64,000 nucleotides of DNA, from contig JAYWIR010000027.1 of NCBI GenBank assembly GCA_036172245.1, positions 868,001-932,000 of the forward strand. The letters are read 5' to 3'. The notes below the pieces were generated by a model, which saw nothing but the letters and a program-made list of their open reading frames with translations, did not search any database and was not told where the DNA came from. Position numbers and translations under genes: made by a program. Below are positions 1 to 12,000 of this stretch, one piece after another (position 1 is the stretch's first letter; each line of letters begins with the position of its first letter). The stretch is from Raillietiella orientalis. Taxonomy: Eukaryota.

Positions 1-3000
1 CAGGTCGACCAGCTGACCGAGTTCACCGTGGACTCTCGCAGGGCCGGGAGCGGGGACGCGGACCTGGAAGTGGTCGTCCTGGATCCCCAGCAGAACATCA
101 CGCCCTCCGAGGTCGCAAAGACCACGGAGGGTACCTACCGCTGTCAGTACCTCCCGAAGAAGGGGGGTACCCACGAAGTGCAGGTTGGCGGAAGGCTCTC
201 CGCCCCTCCCCTCCCCCAAACCGCTTTCTGCTTCCTCCTCCTCTCCCCAGGTCAACTACGGCGGGGTCTCCACCCGAGGGAGCCCGAAGCGGGTCAATGT
301 GATCGACCCGGACGCCAGCAACAAGGTGCAGGTGTTTGGACCTGGGGTGGAGAAAGGCGTGAAGTGTCTCACCCCTACTCACTTCAACATCGACGCCCGC
401 GACGCGGGTTCCGGTACACGCGGGACGGGGACGGGGTCGAAGTTCTCCACCCCTTTTCTGCCTATCCAGGAAACATCGCCGTGGGCATTTCCGACGAGAA
501 GGGCCGTCCGGTGAGCTACCACCTAGCAGATCACGGGGACAACACGTACACCGTGGAGTACACCGCGCAGACGTCCGGGGTACACGCCGTCCGCGTGCAG
601 TACGACGGGCGTCAGGTGCGCGACAGTCCCTTCCGGGTGAATGTGGTGTCCCCCGTGGACCTAAACCGCATCCGAGTGGACGGCCTGCAGCCAAGTGAGT
701 CTCCACGCGACGGGGCGACTGGCGGCGCTGCCACCGCCCTCTTCGCGTCGTCCCTTCCCCTCCTCTCCTGGTTCCGACTCCGGCCCTTCTTCCCTCTTTC
801 CAGCGATGTTCCTGAACGCCACCAATGAGTTCCTCGTGGACGCCAACGCCGTCTCCCAGGGCGACGACGGCCACTGCATCTCCTGCGTGGTCAGGAACCC
901 CTCCGGGGCACGGATCCCCTGCGAGGTGGCTCCCGCAGGCGAGGGCGTTTCCAGGGTGAGCTTCACACCCTTCGAGGAAGGTAGGCACCGCCTCTCATAC
1001 CAGCCCCTCGCACTCACGTTTTTCCTCCCTCCCCCCCGCCCTCAGGGCCCCATACCGTGGACCTGCTCTACGACGGGGTGCCGCTGCCCAAAAGCCCGGC
1101 GACCGTTCACGTGCGCCAAGGGTGCGACCCCACCAAGTGCAAGGTGTACGGCCCAGGGGTGCAGTCTGGTGTGGCGGGCCGGCCGAACCAGTTCGTCATG
1201 AACACCAAAGGTGCGCCGCTTTCCCGCCTCTGGCACGTTCCTCACCGGGCGGAGTGAACTTCTCTTCCTCCCTCCGCAGCCGCAGGCACCGGCGCAGTTG
1301 GGGTCGCCATCGAAGGCCCCTCGGAGGCCAAGATGAGCTACAAGGACAACCAGGACGGATCTTGCATCGTGGAGTACTTGCCCTCGGAGCCGGGCGTCTA
1401 CGACATCTCCGTGCGCTTTGCGGACCAGCACGTGCCGGGGTCGCCCTTCCGTGTGACCGTCGAGCCCGACCCTTCCGCCGCCTCGGGGACGCGCGGGGTG
1501 GGGCCGTCCGCGGTGCGCTGCGCCGGGCCCGGTGTGGACCCCGCGCAGATCCGGGCGGAGGTGCCTCTGGTCTTCACGGTGGACACGAGCCGAGCGGCGG
1601 CGGCCGAAGTGGGCGTCGAGGTGCAGCCGGACCGAGGTGACTCCCCTGGCTTTCCCCCTCCCGGCGACCTTCCACCTCACCTTCCCCGCCGTTCCAGGAA
1701 TTATCAGGAAGCCGCCCAGCATCGTGTCCCTTGGACAAGGCGTCTTCGAAGTGACCTACTTCGTGCCCGAGCAGTGCTCCAGGTTCGTCCTCAGGGTCAC
1801 CAACTGCGGAAAGGACGTCCCCGGAAGGTAGGCTCGCTACCACCACCCCTCCTTTCACCCCCCTTTTTCGCCTTCCTTCCAGCCCGTTCAACTTCCGCGT
1901 GCTGCCCACGTGCGAGCCTGAGAAGGTCAAGGTCAGCGGCCCTCCCATCTCTGGGAAGGACGTGCCGGCTTCGCTGCCCACCGAGATCTGCGTGGACACC
2001 GTAGACGCCGGATTCGGGAATCTTGAAGTTCAAGTGACGGTCAGTTCCCGAAGGGAGGAAGGGGAGGGAGAGAACGATCTCTCCCATTCCTGCCCCTTTC
2101 TCTGCCGCTCCGCTCATTCAGCGGCGCCTCTTTTCGAAGGGTCCCGACAGCCGCCCCCGGAGGATCAGCGTGGACGACCACGAGGATGGCGTCTTCCGCG
2201 CGCGCTTCGTCCCGGACGAGATCGGGACATTCGTCTGCGACGTCAAGTACGGGAACCGGGAAGTTCCGGGATCCCCCTTCTCTTTCGCGGCGAACCCCGT
2301 GGGGAAGGTGCGCGCCTCCCACCCCACTCCTCAACCCCATTCCCGACCGGACCTTCCTTTTCCAGGCTGACAGCTGCGTCGTTCTCGAAGAGGAAGAGGA
2401 GCAGCGGCTGGAAGAGGAGGAAGAGGTGGTCACCTCGGAGAAGCGCCGGCTGATGACGGTCAACGCGCAGCACGCCGGCGAGGGTGCGGTCACCTGCCGC
2501 ATGTACTCCAGCACCACCAGGTGGGGATGCCGGGAAGCTCTCGACCACGGCGACGCACCCATGGCGGAGACGCCGCCGGCCCCTCAGTGCGGTTTCCCCT
2601 CTCCCCCGCGAGATGGTGCTGCGGTCGGCTGCCTCCGCCGTCATCCAAACCGCCGCTTTCTGCCACGGCATGATGGCCGCCACTGCGCCACCATTTCTGC
2701 CCTCCGGCGCCGCCGCGGCCGCTGTCGCGCCTCCCGTTGCCTAGAGACGCGGCGGTGGCGGCATCGGCCGGAGTTTCGGAAAGTTCGAGGGAGGAGAGGA
2801 ACAGAGGCGGATCCGGAAGGGGCGCTTGCGGGCTGCTGGAAGGGGTGCGTCTTCCGCGGCCCTTCGAGATGTAGAGGGGGCTTGGGGCTCGTTTTTGAAA
2901 CTCGGCTGCACGTGAGAGGCGACGACCACACCCTGACGCTTGCGCTCCCCAGAGTTCAGGGGGGAGGAGGGAGGAGGGCATTTCCCCGGCGACTAGGGAG

Positions 3001-6000
3001 GTGGCCCTTGGCGGACGACGCGGGTGTCATCTTGGCGGCGTCAGCGGGAGGTGCCACGAGGGCAAGGAGGAAGGAAGGGAAGGGAAAGTCGTGCGCAGGA
3101 ACCCCCTTTCACCCCCTGCTGCATGCTCCTCGCTCTCCCACCGTCCCGGGATGCTTGCTGACCTCACGGTGTTCGCGTGATGTTCCCCAGCTCAGAGACT
3201 TATTTTTCCTGCTGCTCCCTCTGGCGGTCGGATCATCTTGGCTGAAGGGCAGGGAGACCGAGGGCCCCAAAGGCCCCTTCTTGCCGGCTGCCTGCTATTC
3301 CGCCGCCCCTCACTTCACTCCCGTTACCTCTGTCGCCCTCGTTACGTGTAACCTCTGCATCTTCTTCCAGCGAGGAGGTCACCACGGAGGTTGTGGAGCA
3401 AACGAAGGGCGTCTACAAGATTTACTACAACGCCAGCAAGGCCGGGGAGTACCAGTCAGAGGTCAACTTTGGAGGCGTCCCCGTCCGAGGAGGGCAACGC
3501 ACTGTGACGGTAAGTTCATCCCTCGCTCCTCTGGGGTGGTCGGTGGGAGGGGAGGGGGGGGGGGGAGAAACGCGAGACCCCCTCTGCGCTCGCGAAGCCT
3601 TGCGAGAAGGTGACCTGCCCGCGGCCGGGTCGCGAGAGTGGACCCCGCCAGCTCTGAGGTTTGCCTTCGCCGAGGTCTAGCGGCGCTAGGCACCGTGGCG
3701 AGGTTTCAAAAATCCGCAGGAAGAATCCAGAGGAAGAAGAGGAGGGAGAGGGAGGGGGGAATCCGAAGGAGCGGCAGCTCAGGATCCTCCGGGATGTTCC
3801 TCCTTCCCTTTTGGGGCGTCTTCAGGCAGGCGAGACGGCGGACTCTCCGCCGCGAGTGCCTCCTCTCCCTTCCTCCTCTCCTCTTCCCCTTCCCCCCCCC
3901 CTCCTCTCTTCCTCCTCTTTCCTCTCTCCTCCCCCTCTCTTCCTTTCCTCCTTTTCCATTTTCTCCCGCTCTTCCCCTTCGTTCTCCTCCAACCCTCACG
4001 GTCTTCCTTAGTCCGTTCTGGTTCTCTATCTGCTGTCCCGCTCTCCTGCCCTACTGCCTCTGCTTCCCGCTCCCCTTTGCTTCTTTTCCGGGTGAAGCTG
4101 GCGAGCCCGGTTTCGTTCGCGCGTGGAGCTCCTCCTGAGGGCACCCACGGATGGAGTTTTTATGGCTCCTAGGGAGCTCTCTGGAATCGAGGGGTTCCCC
4201 CGGGAAAACGACAGCCGCGCGTGGTTCCAAATTTTTGCGACGGGTCTATAATTGGAACGAGTCGGGCTCTTCGGGAGGAGTCGTCCCAGGGGAAACTCGG
4301 TCGCGACCGGTTGACAGGAAGAGGAGGGGGGGGGGAGCGTTCTGTGGGAAGAAAAAGTCGGTTCCCTCCTACATCACGACCGGGGCCGGGGTTGGGTCAG
4401 GTCACGCTCGCGCCGCCGCCTTCCTACGGCGACGCAGGAGGGAGGGCGCTAAGAAGAGAGAGGCGTGACCCCACCCCACTCCACCGCCCCCGCTTCTCCT
4501 GCTCCCCCGTCCAACCGTTCGCGATGGAAAGCCGCCGGGGTGGCTTTCCGGATGCCGGGCGCGTTTTCTTTTCCTCCCCTCTCCCTCCCCCCCTTTCCTC
4601 CTCCTTCCCTCCTGGCTGTCGTTCAGGAACTTCCCCGGATCACGTGACCCTCTCGCGACGACGTCGGCGTCGACATCCCGGGTGGGGCGAACGCCGTGCT
4701 GCTCCCTCCGGAGGTACCTCGTCGCTGCTAGCGTCGTGGAGCCGCAGTGCGCGTTCGGACCTGTCGGTCGGCAGTGGCACGTGGCTCCAGTCGCAGCATC
4801 TCCAGGAGAGGCTCGTCCTAATCCAAGCAGCCAGTGAGTACCCCTCTGCCCTCCCTCCTTTCTCGCGTGCGCTCCCCGTCCCCACCTGGCGGCTTGTGGG
4901 TGCAGAGGAGCGGCCGCGGGGGGCTCCCAGATGGGGTCATGCGAGTGCTAGGGCGGCCGCCGCAAGCTCCTCGCAAACCCGAGCGCAATAGAGGTGACTC
5001 CGCCTTGCCTCCCCTCCCCCCTTCCCAAGTGGTGGTGGGGGGGGGGCAGGAACCTGTGGTCTGCTGCCCGAGAAAGCGCGGCCCTGCTTCCTCCGGGAGG
5101 AAGGGAGCCCAGCGGGCCGCGACCTTACCCTTCGGACGCTCCCTGCTGGCGGCACCCGCGAAGGAGACGGGGGGACAGGAATGAGGGACCCCCAACCGAC
5201 CGACGTCCCGCGCGAACCACCCGGACCGCGGCCCGGGCGTACTTGCCCGCCGTCGCGACTTCCTAAATCCCTTTTCCCAAGGGGACAGGGAGAGAGGTGG
5301 GCGGAGGGCGCTTCCGTCCGATAGGAGACACGAAAGGAGGGGCCCTTCCGAGGCGGGCCGACAGTCTTCCAGCAGTCCTCCCTGCTCCTCCCTCCTCTTC
5401 TGTTTCCTGCATTCCTCCTCCTCCTCCTCTCCTTTCCCTGCACCGGTCTTCGGCGGCGGTGGACCCGTGCGTCACCTCGCAAGGCGGGCTTTTTGGCTCC
5501 CCTCGTCTCCTACCCTCCCCCTGCCTCATCTCTCCACGTCCGCTGAGCGAGCGCGGGGATGCAAATGCATTGGCGACGACGCTCCGGCGACTGTGGCGCC
5601 GGGCGGTCCGTCCCGCAGCGCGAGCGGGGGGTGAGTTCCGAGTCCCACCGCCGCGGGTGCACCTCTTCCTCAACAGCCTTCTTCTTCCCCCAGGTCAGAG
5701 AAGAGCGTGAAAGCCTCTCGAATTCCGTGCTGAGCGAATCCTCCGCCTCCGGCAGCCGCAAGGATTTCCGTCCCGTCGAGCTCTACCACATCCCCCTTCC
5801 CAGCACAGGAGGTCACGTCACAGGTAAAGATTAAAAAAAAGGGCGCGCGCGCGCCTCGCCGCCTTCCCTTCCGCTGACCGGCGAGCCCCGGAAGACGCCT
5901 GCTCGGGGAAGAAGGACGGGGACCGGTCCCACTTCCCGCGCCACCGTTTTCGGGTGGGGCAGAGGGGAACCCGCTGACCTGTTTCTCCGGATTGCGGTCT

Positions 6001-9000
6001 TCCTCCCCCCCCCCCCTTCCCTCCGGAGCTCCGGAGGCAGATTCCATCGGGAAAGCAGCGCTAGGGCCACCGCCGAACGATCCGCGCTGCTGGAACTCCG
6101 GGGAGGGCGCGGCCGGAGAGGGGGTCGAGCAGCAGGCGGGTCTCCCGGGAGAGTTCCCGTTTCCTCTTTCCGGATTCCTCCCTCCCTCCTTCCCTTTCCT
6201 GCTCCGCAAGAAGTGCGGCAGAGCTGGGTGGAGGGGGCGAGGGAGGTGGAAGTGAACGGAGGAGAGCCCCTGGTAACCTTTGAACGCGATCCGGGGACTC
6301 TACTCGAGGCCCTTCTCTCCGTGGGGAGGGTGGATGTCGAAATAGCTCGCGGAAGCATCCGTCATCCCCGCCTCGCGACCCGGTCGAGTTGCACCGTCAC
6401 GCTCCGCCCTTCGCGAAGAGGCGCCGCTCCGAGAGGAGGAGGAGGAAAGGGAGGGAGAAGCTCCGTTCTCCTCCTCCTCCGAGGAGCTCCACGCCGCCGG
6501 GGACTGGCTGACTCCCCGTCCGACCTTGCTCACGCCGAACAGCAAGCGGCCCTGGGGTCGCTCGGCGACTTCCTCGATCCCGAGGTGTCCCTTTCTCCTT
6601 TCCGGGGAGCGAGAAGGTGCTCCCGACGCTGGGCCTGGGAATGGCGCGCCCTTCCTTCCTTGGTCGGAAGGGATCGCCTCCTCCTCCTCCTCCTTAAGGC
6701 GTGTCCGCCCCCCCGCCCCCCTTCTGCGGGCTCCGTGCTCTCCTCAGGTCGTGGCGCGCTGTCTCCGGAGCAGCGGGAGACCTCAGGAAGCAGTAGGTTC
6801 GAGAGGAGACGGAAGGTCGGCCTCTCCAGCTAGGCAGTCCCGATTGGTTCGGGGTCGGATGCCCCCCGTCCGTGCTGCAGCCATTGGCGGTTCACGCGAA
6901 CGAGGGACGCTGCTGAGACAACCAGGGATGTGAAAGGATCGAAGCAGAGGGCGCTGCTGTTGCTGCAGCTGCAGCAGGGGCTCGCCCTCCCCTCTTTCAC
7001 TTGGGCCACGGAACTCGGTCGGGGACCGGGAGGAAAGCGCACGTCGACGGTCTGGTCTTCCGGTTCCTCTTTCCCTCCTGAGGAGAGGGAGGGCTCCCTC
7101 CAGGGACTCCGCGCTCCCCTGCCGCCGTCGGCTGTCTGAGGTGCCGACTGCGGAGAGCGTCAGACGACTCGGCGCCAGAAGGCGGTTTCTTCACCGACCG
7201 GTCCCACCCACCCCCGTGCTCCGCAGTCGAACAGGCCGCGGGGCGAAGGACCGCCGCCGACCGCACTACCCCTTCGGTTGCCGCGAAGGGGTCGTGCATG
7301 AGCGGAAGCGGCCGCACTCGTTCCAGTCCCCCGATCGCACCGGAGACTTCCGGAACCCTGTACCGGTCGAAAGTTCCAACAGGACGGAGAGCGAGTAACC
7401 CAGAGAGAGTCCCGGAAGGCAGGAAAAGGGGGGAGGGAGCGCAGGAATTCGAAAACCGGATGCTGGTGAAGAACCCTTCTGCATCCCGAGACGCCGCCTA
7501 GCGGAAGACCCCGTGAAGCGCTTCGACAGCTCCACCTCCCTTCGTCGCCATGGCGAAAGGATGCACTGGGGAGCTTTCAAGCGTCTCTCCTCCCTGCCTC
7601 TGCTGCGGACGATGCTGGACGAAGGTACGGGAAGCGCCGGTGGGGCGATGAGCCACGCCTGGAGACCCCCCCCCCGCCTCCTCTGGCGGAGCGCTCAAAC
7701 GTTCGACAGGGCGGTTCGATGAGGTGGTTGCCTCGAGCGACGAAAAGACCGTCGCCGTGCCTCGCCGAGTCTTCGCAGGTCGGCGCCGCTCCCGGGAGAA
7801 CCCATGGTCGACTGCTCTTCGGCAGAGCGCTCCGAGGCGTGCCGCCTGGAAAATCTCAGCAAGCGTTCCCAGGAGGAACGAAGTAGGTGGACTACATCCC
7901 GCGTGCTTGCCTATTTATAGCCGGGTGGCACCACGTCCTATTTTTGCTTTTTATGAAATTCGTGAGCCGCTGTCGGCGCTGACGGTTCCCGTCTTTTCAC
8001 TTTCCGTCGGGCCTCTTCAGGAACTACTCCGCGCGACCGTTCGCACGCACGAGGCGCCGAGCGCTCGGAAGGCTGCTCAGCTGACAGCTTTCCGGGCGGA
8101 AGGCGGTCCTCGGAGACGCGCGGGATGGGACGCAAGCGAGAGGGGGAGTGCGTGGAAACTTTTGCGTCGGCCATCTTGCGCCGCCAGCAGGGTTGTCTCC
8201 GCGTAGGTTGGACGGTGGAAATCTTTTGGGATTCTTCTGGTTCGCTGCTTTCCTTCCAGATTTTTCTTCTTTTTTTCCGGGTTTTCTCCCTCCGTTCGGT
8301 TCTCCAAGTGCTGAGGAAGCGTCCGCCTCCTTGGGGGGGAGGAAGGGGTGGGAGGGTCATGAAGCTCTTCGACACTGCCCACGCCACTCCCGAGGGTGCG
8401 CGTGACTCTTCAAGTTAGGAGGCAACCCCGGAAGGATCACCCTATGAATCCAGCAAGGCTCCGGAGGAACGAGTCCCTTCCTCTCATGCTTGGGAGGGAA
8501 CCCCGAAAGGAACCATCTCTTCCTTATTCTCCCCGGAGGGACTTCCTGGAGGGGGCCGCTCCTGAGTTTCTTCTCCGGAGCGAACGCGCGAAGGAACCTT
8601 TCCTGTTCCCTCCTCCTCTGAAGAGAACTCCGAAGGATGCCTCCCGAATTTTCTCAGAAGCGCGCTCCCCGAAGGGAACAGCGCGCATCTTACACTCTGG
8701 GGAGGTGTCACCAATCCACCAGCTCCACCGGGACGAGATAGGAGGCTCCACCTTCGCAACCGGAAGGGGGGAACCCCCGAAGGACTACTTCGATTCCTAG
8801 AAGGACCCGATGCGTGGCGCCACCGACGCGGGTCCTGCGCCGGCGAGGTGTCGAGGGATACTGAGCCCCTGGCTCGTCCGCACGGGTCGAAAAGCGGCGC
8901 TCAGGCCGAAGCAAAAGAGCGGAGGAGCAGGATGTCTCCCCTGGACGGACGGGGAAGAGAGGTGACGTCAGGGCGGGCCGGAAGGGCACAGACTCGCAGG

Positions 9001-12000
9001 AAGAAACGCTGGCGTGCTTTTCCTCCCAAAAAGAGAGGACCACGCAACTGAAGAGAGGGGGCAGCGCTGCTGCAGCTCAGCTCCGGGGAGCGGGTCTGTC
9101 GTCCAGCAGTTTGCGAGGCGCGGGTGGTTCCTCTTCCCGGACTGCGGCGTGCGGGAGGCGCGCCCCGCCGCTGGCAGCCGCCGGAGAAGGGGGGGAGGGG
9201 GGAAGCGGACTGGGTTCCGGTGACATACAACGAGCGATCGGACGTGAAGAACCCCCTGCGCGGGGCGCGCCTTCCCCCCCAGGCACCCACCAAGCAGCGC
9301 ACTTAGCGGTCTCTTGCATTGGGGAGCGCTGAGGTAGCGAAGGCCGGACTGCGCTACAAAAAAGGGGTAAGGAGAAGCAAAGCGTTACGCAGGTGGGTTG
9401 ATTCGATCCACAAGGTCCCTGGTGTTCCTAGGCACCGTCGCTTAGCACGTGCGATACGAAGACCCCATTAGCTTGCGAGCTGGGGTTTCGTCCCCTTCCC
9501 CCGCCCCACCCCAGCAGCACGCATAGAATCGAGGAGGGAGGTCCCGATCGCCCCGAGATCGAGTTCGGCCCCGCGCTGCTGGCGTGCGAGTCCGGGGGGG
9601 TTTCGGGGCGGGGAGGGGTGCGTTCCCGCTGAGGACGGGATCGGCGTGGTTCCCATCCCTCTCGGGCAACAACGCTCGGCATCCTTGATTTTCATCCTTT
9701 GCAGCGGAGATCATAATGCCGAGCAGCAAAAAGGACAAGCCCTTGATAAAGGACAATCGCGATGGAACGGTCAGCATCCATTACGAGCCCAGAGAAGAAG
9801 GCACCCACGAGCTCATCCTGAAGTACAACGGCGAACCCGTGCGGGGTGAGTTCCCTCTCCGCGTGCGCGTGCGCAGCGACCACGTTTCGAAGCGCGCGCG
9901 TGCCATTTCTGTCTCGCAACCTGAGCGCGCTGTCTCGGAAAGGAATGCTGAAAGGCGTCCCGATTCCCGGGAGGCCGAGTTGGTGTTCACTTCCCCGCGA
10001 ACGATCTTCCAGTGTCGCGAGGTGGCAGAGTAAAAATAAGTAAATAAATAAGAAGCCTTCCTCCCTCTTTCTCGTGGAGCAGCAGCAACAGTTTTGTCGG
10101 AATGTCGGCAATGCGCTGCTTCTCGCTGACTGCTTCAGATCCGCGACCGCACCCGGACTGCGGGCGAGGCGCGTGGGAACCACAGGTGGATTCGATGCTT
10201 TTCGAAAAGCGCAGGGGATCCACGTGTGTGTGTGTGTGGGGGCGGGGGGGCACCAGGAGTCGAATTCCTCCATGGTCGTGAGCACACACACACACACATT
10301 TCTCCGGAACTGCTCGGAATAAGAGCGTCCTCTTTTCAAGGTTCGCCGTTCAGGTTCTACGTGGATTCGATAAGCAGCGGATACATCAGTGCCCACGGGC
10401 CTGGACTGACGCACGGCATATGCGGAGAGCCGTGTCACTTCACCATCTTCACGAAGGATGTCACAGCAGGTAGCCAACTGTTACACGGTAAAGGGCATTT
10501 TCTGGTTTGCACGTTCTCTGGTTTGCTGGAATGGCAAGCAGCAGCTCCCGAGCACTAACGAGATAACACGGAACGCTGCGTTCCATAACGCCACGGCGAG
10601 TCTTGGATGCATCTCAGTAGCACGGCGCCCCATGCACGTGCACGCAGTTCCCTTTTTTCTTTTGAAAAAGTCCCTCGTGTTCGCTAGCGTTTTGCAGTGC
10701 AACTGCCTCTTGTCTTGCTCCAAGTGATGTGTTGCGTGGGTCTTGCTGGCACCGGTCTGCGCTTCTGCTGTGGGCTTACATGCACCCCATGTTTCCAGGA
10801 GGTCTTTCCCTCTCCGTGGAAGGCCCGAGCAAGACCGACATCACATGCCACGACAATAAAGATGGATCCCTGTCTGTGTCTTACTTGCCCACATCTCCGG
10901 GAGAGTACAAAGTCACTTGCAAGTTGGGGGACAAACACATCCGCGGAAGCCCCTACACCGTGAAAATAACAGGTAGCTTGGCTGCCGTCGGCGGTTTGAA
11001 AAATGGGAACGCTCCCTCCCCCTCCCCCTTTTTTTTTTTTTTTTTTCTCTCTCAGGAGAAGGACGGAAACGAAACATCATAAGCGTTGGTTCGAGCAGCG
11101 AAGTTTCCATTCCGGGAAAGTTCCCCAACATAGACCTGCGCACGCTGAACGCTTCCATCCTGGCGCCATCCGGTCTGGAGGAACCTTGCTTCTTGAAAAA
11201 ATTACCTAATGGATCACTCGGTAGGTCCCGAGCAGAACTCTCTTCCCAGATGTGTCGATCTAAATTTGGAAAGTCCCGTGTGAAAGCTTCTCAGCTACCG
11301 CTTGCAGAATCTTGCTTTGCGCTACCGAGTCCCGTCGTCAAGTGTACAGAACTGATGTACAAAAACCCCGTTCGGACGGTAACGACCGCGTGTCGCCAGT
11401 GTCAGCCACGTCACGTAATGCGGTGGCACCAGGCGAAGTACCTAAAGCTTCCGAGCGAATTCCTTAAGCATTTTCTTTTCCTTCCTCTTCCAAAATGCAA
11501 GGAGCGTGTTCCGTGCAGCCCGAGCGCAGCGGGAGTTTCATCTTTGGCGAATTTTTCGAGGACCGCGGTTTCCCAGGCTTGCGCGGAAGTATCAGTTTCG
11601 AGTTCCTCTAAGCGGTCGAGCTGAGGCAGCATTCAGGGTACAGGGGAGCCCTTGGTATACGAGGTGGTAGGACCAGGCTCGCAGGATGCAGCCCCGTTCT
11701 GGATCCCCGCGAGCATCGTCTACGAGTCGGACGCGTGAGTTGACCGAGCGCGGCACAGAACAGCACGTTTTAAGTCCCACTGCAAGAATTCACGGCTTCG
11801 CGACCGCGTTCGGCGGATGCTGAGCTGCAACGCGAGAGTTGCGCGTCGGACTCTGGGAATCCACGGAGCGGCGGATTCCATCGAGCCTGAGGGATTCCCC
11901 AGACGTACCTCCTTCACCTTCACACGGCGAAGACTTTATTCGGTTGGCAAGACGCTCAGTACATGAGGAACTGGGCGCTGCCTCCGCGACCACCGTATTT

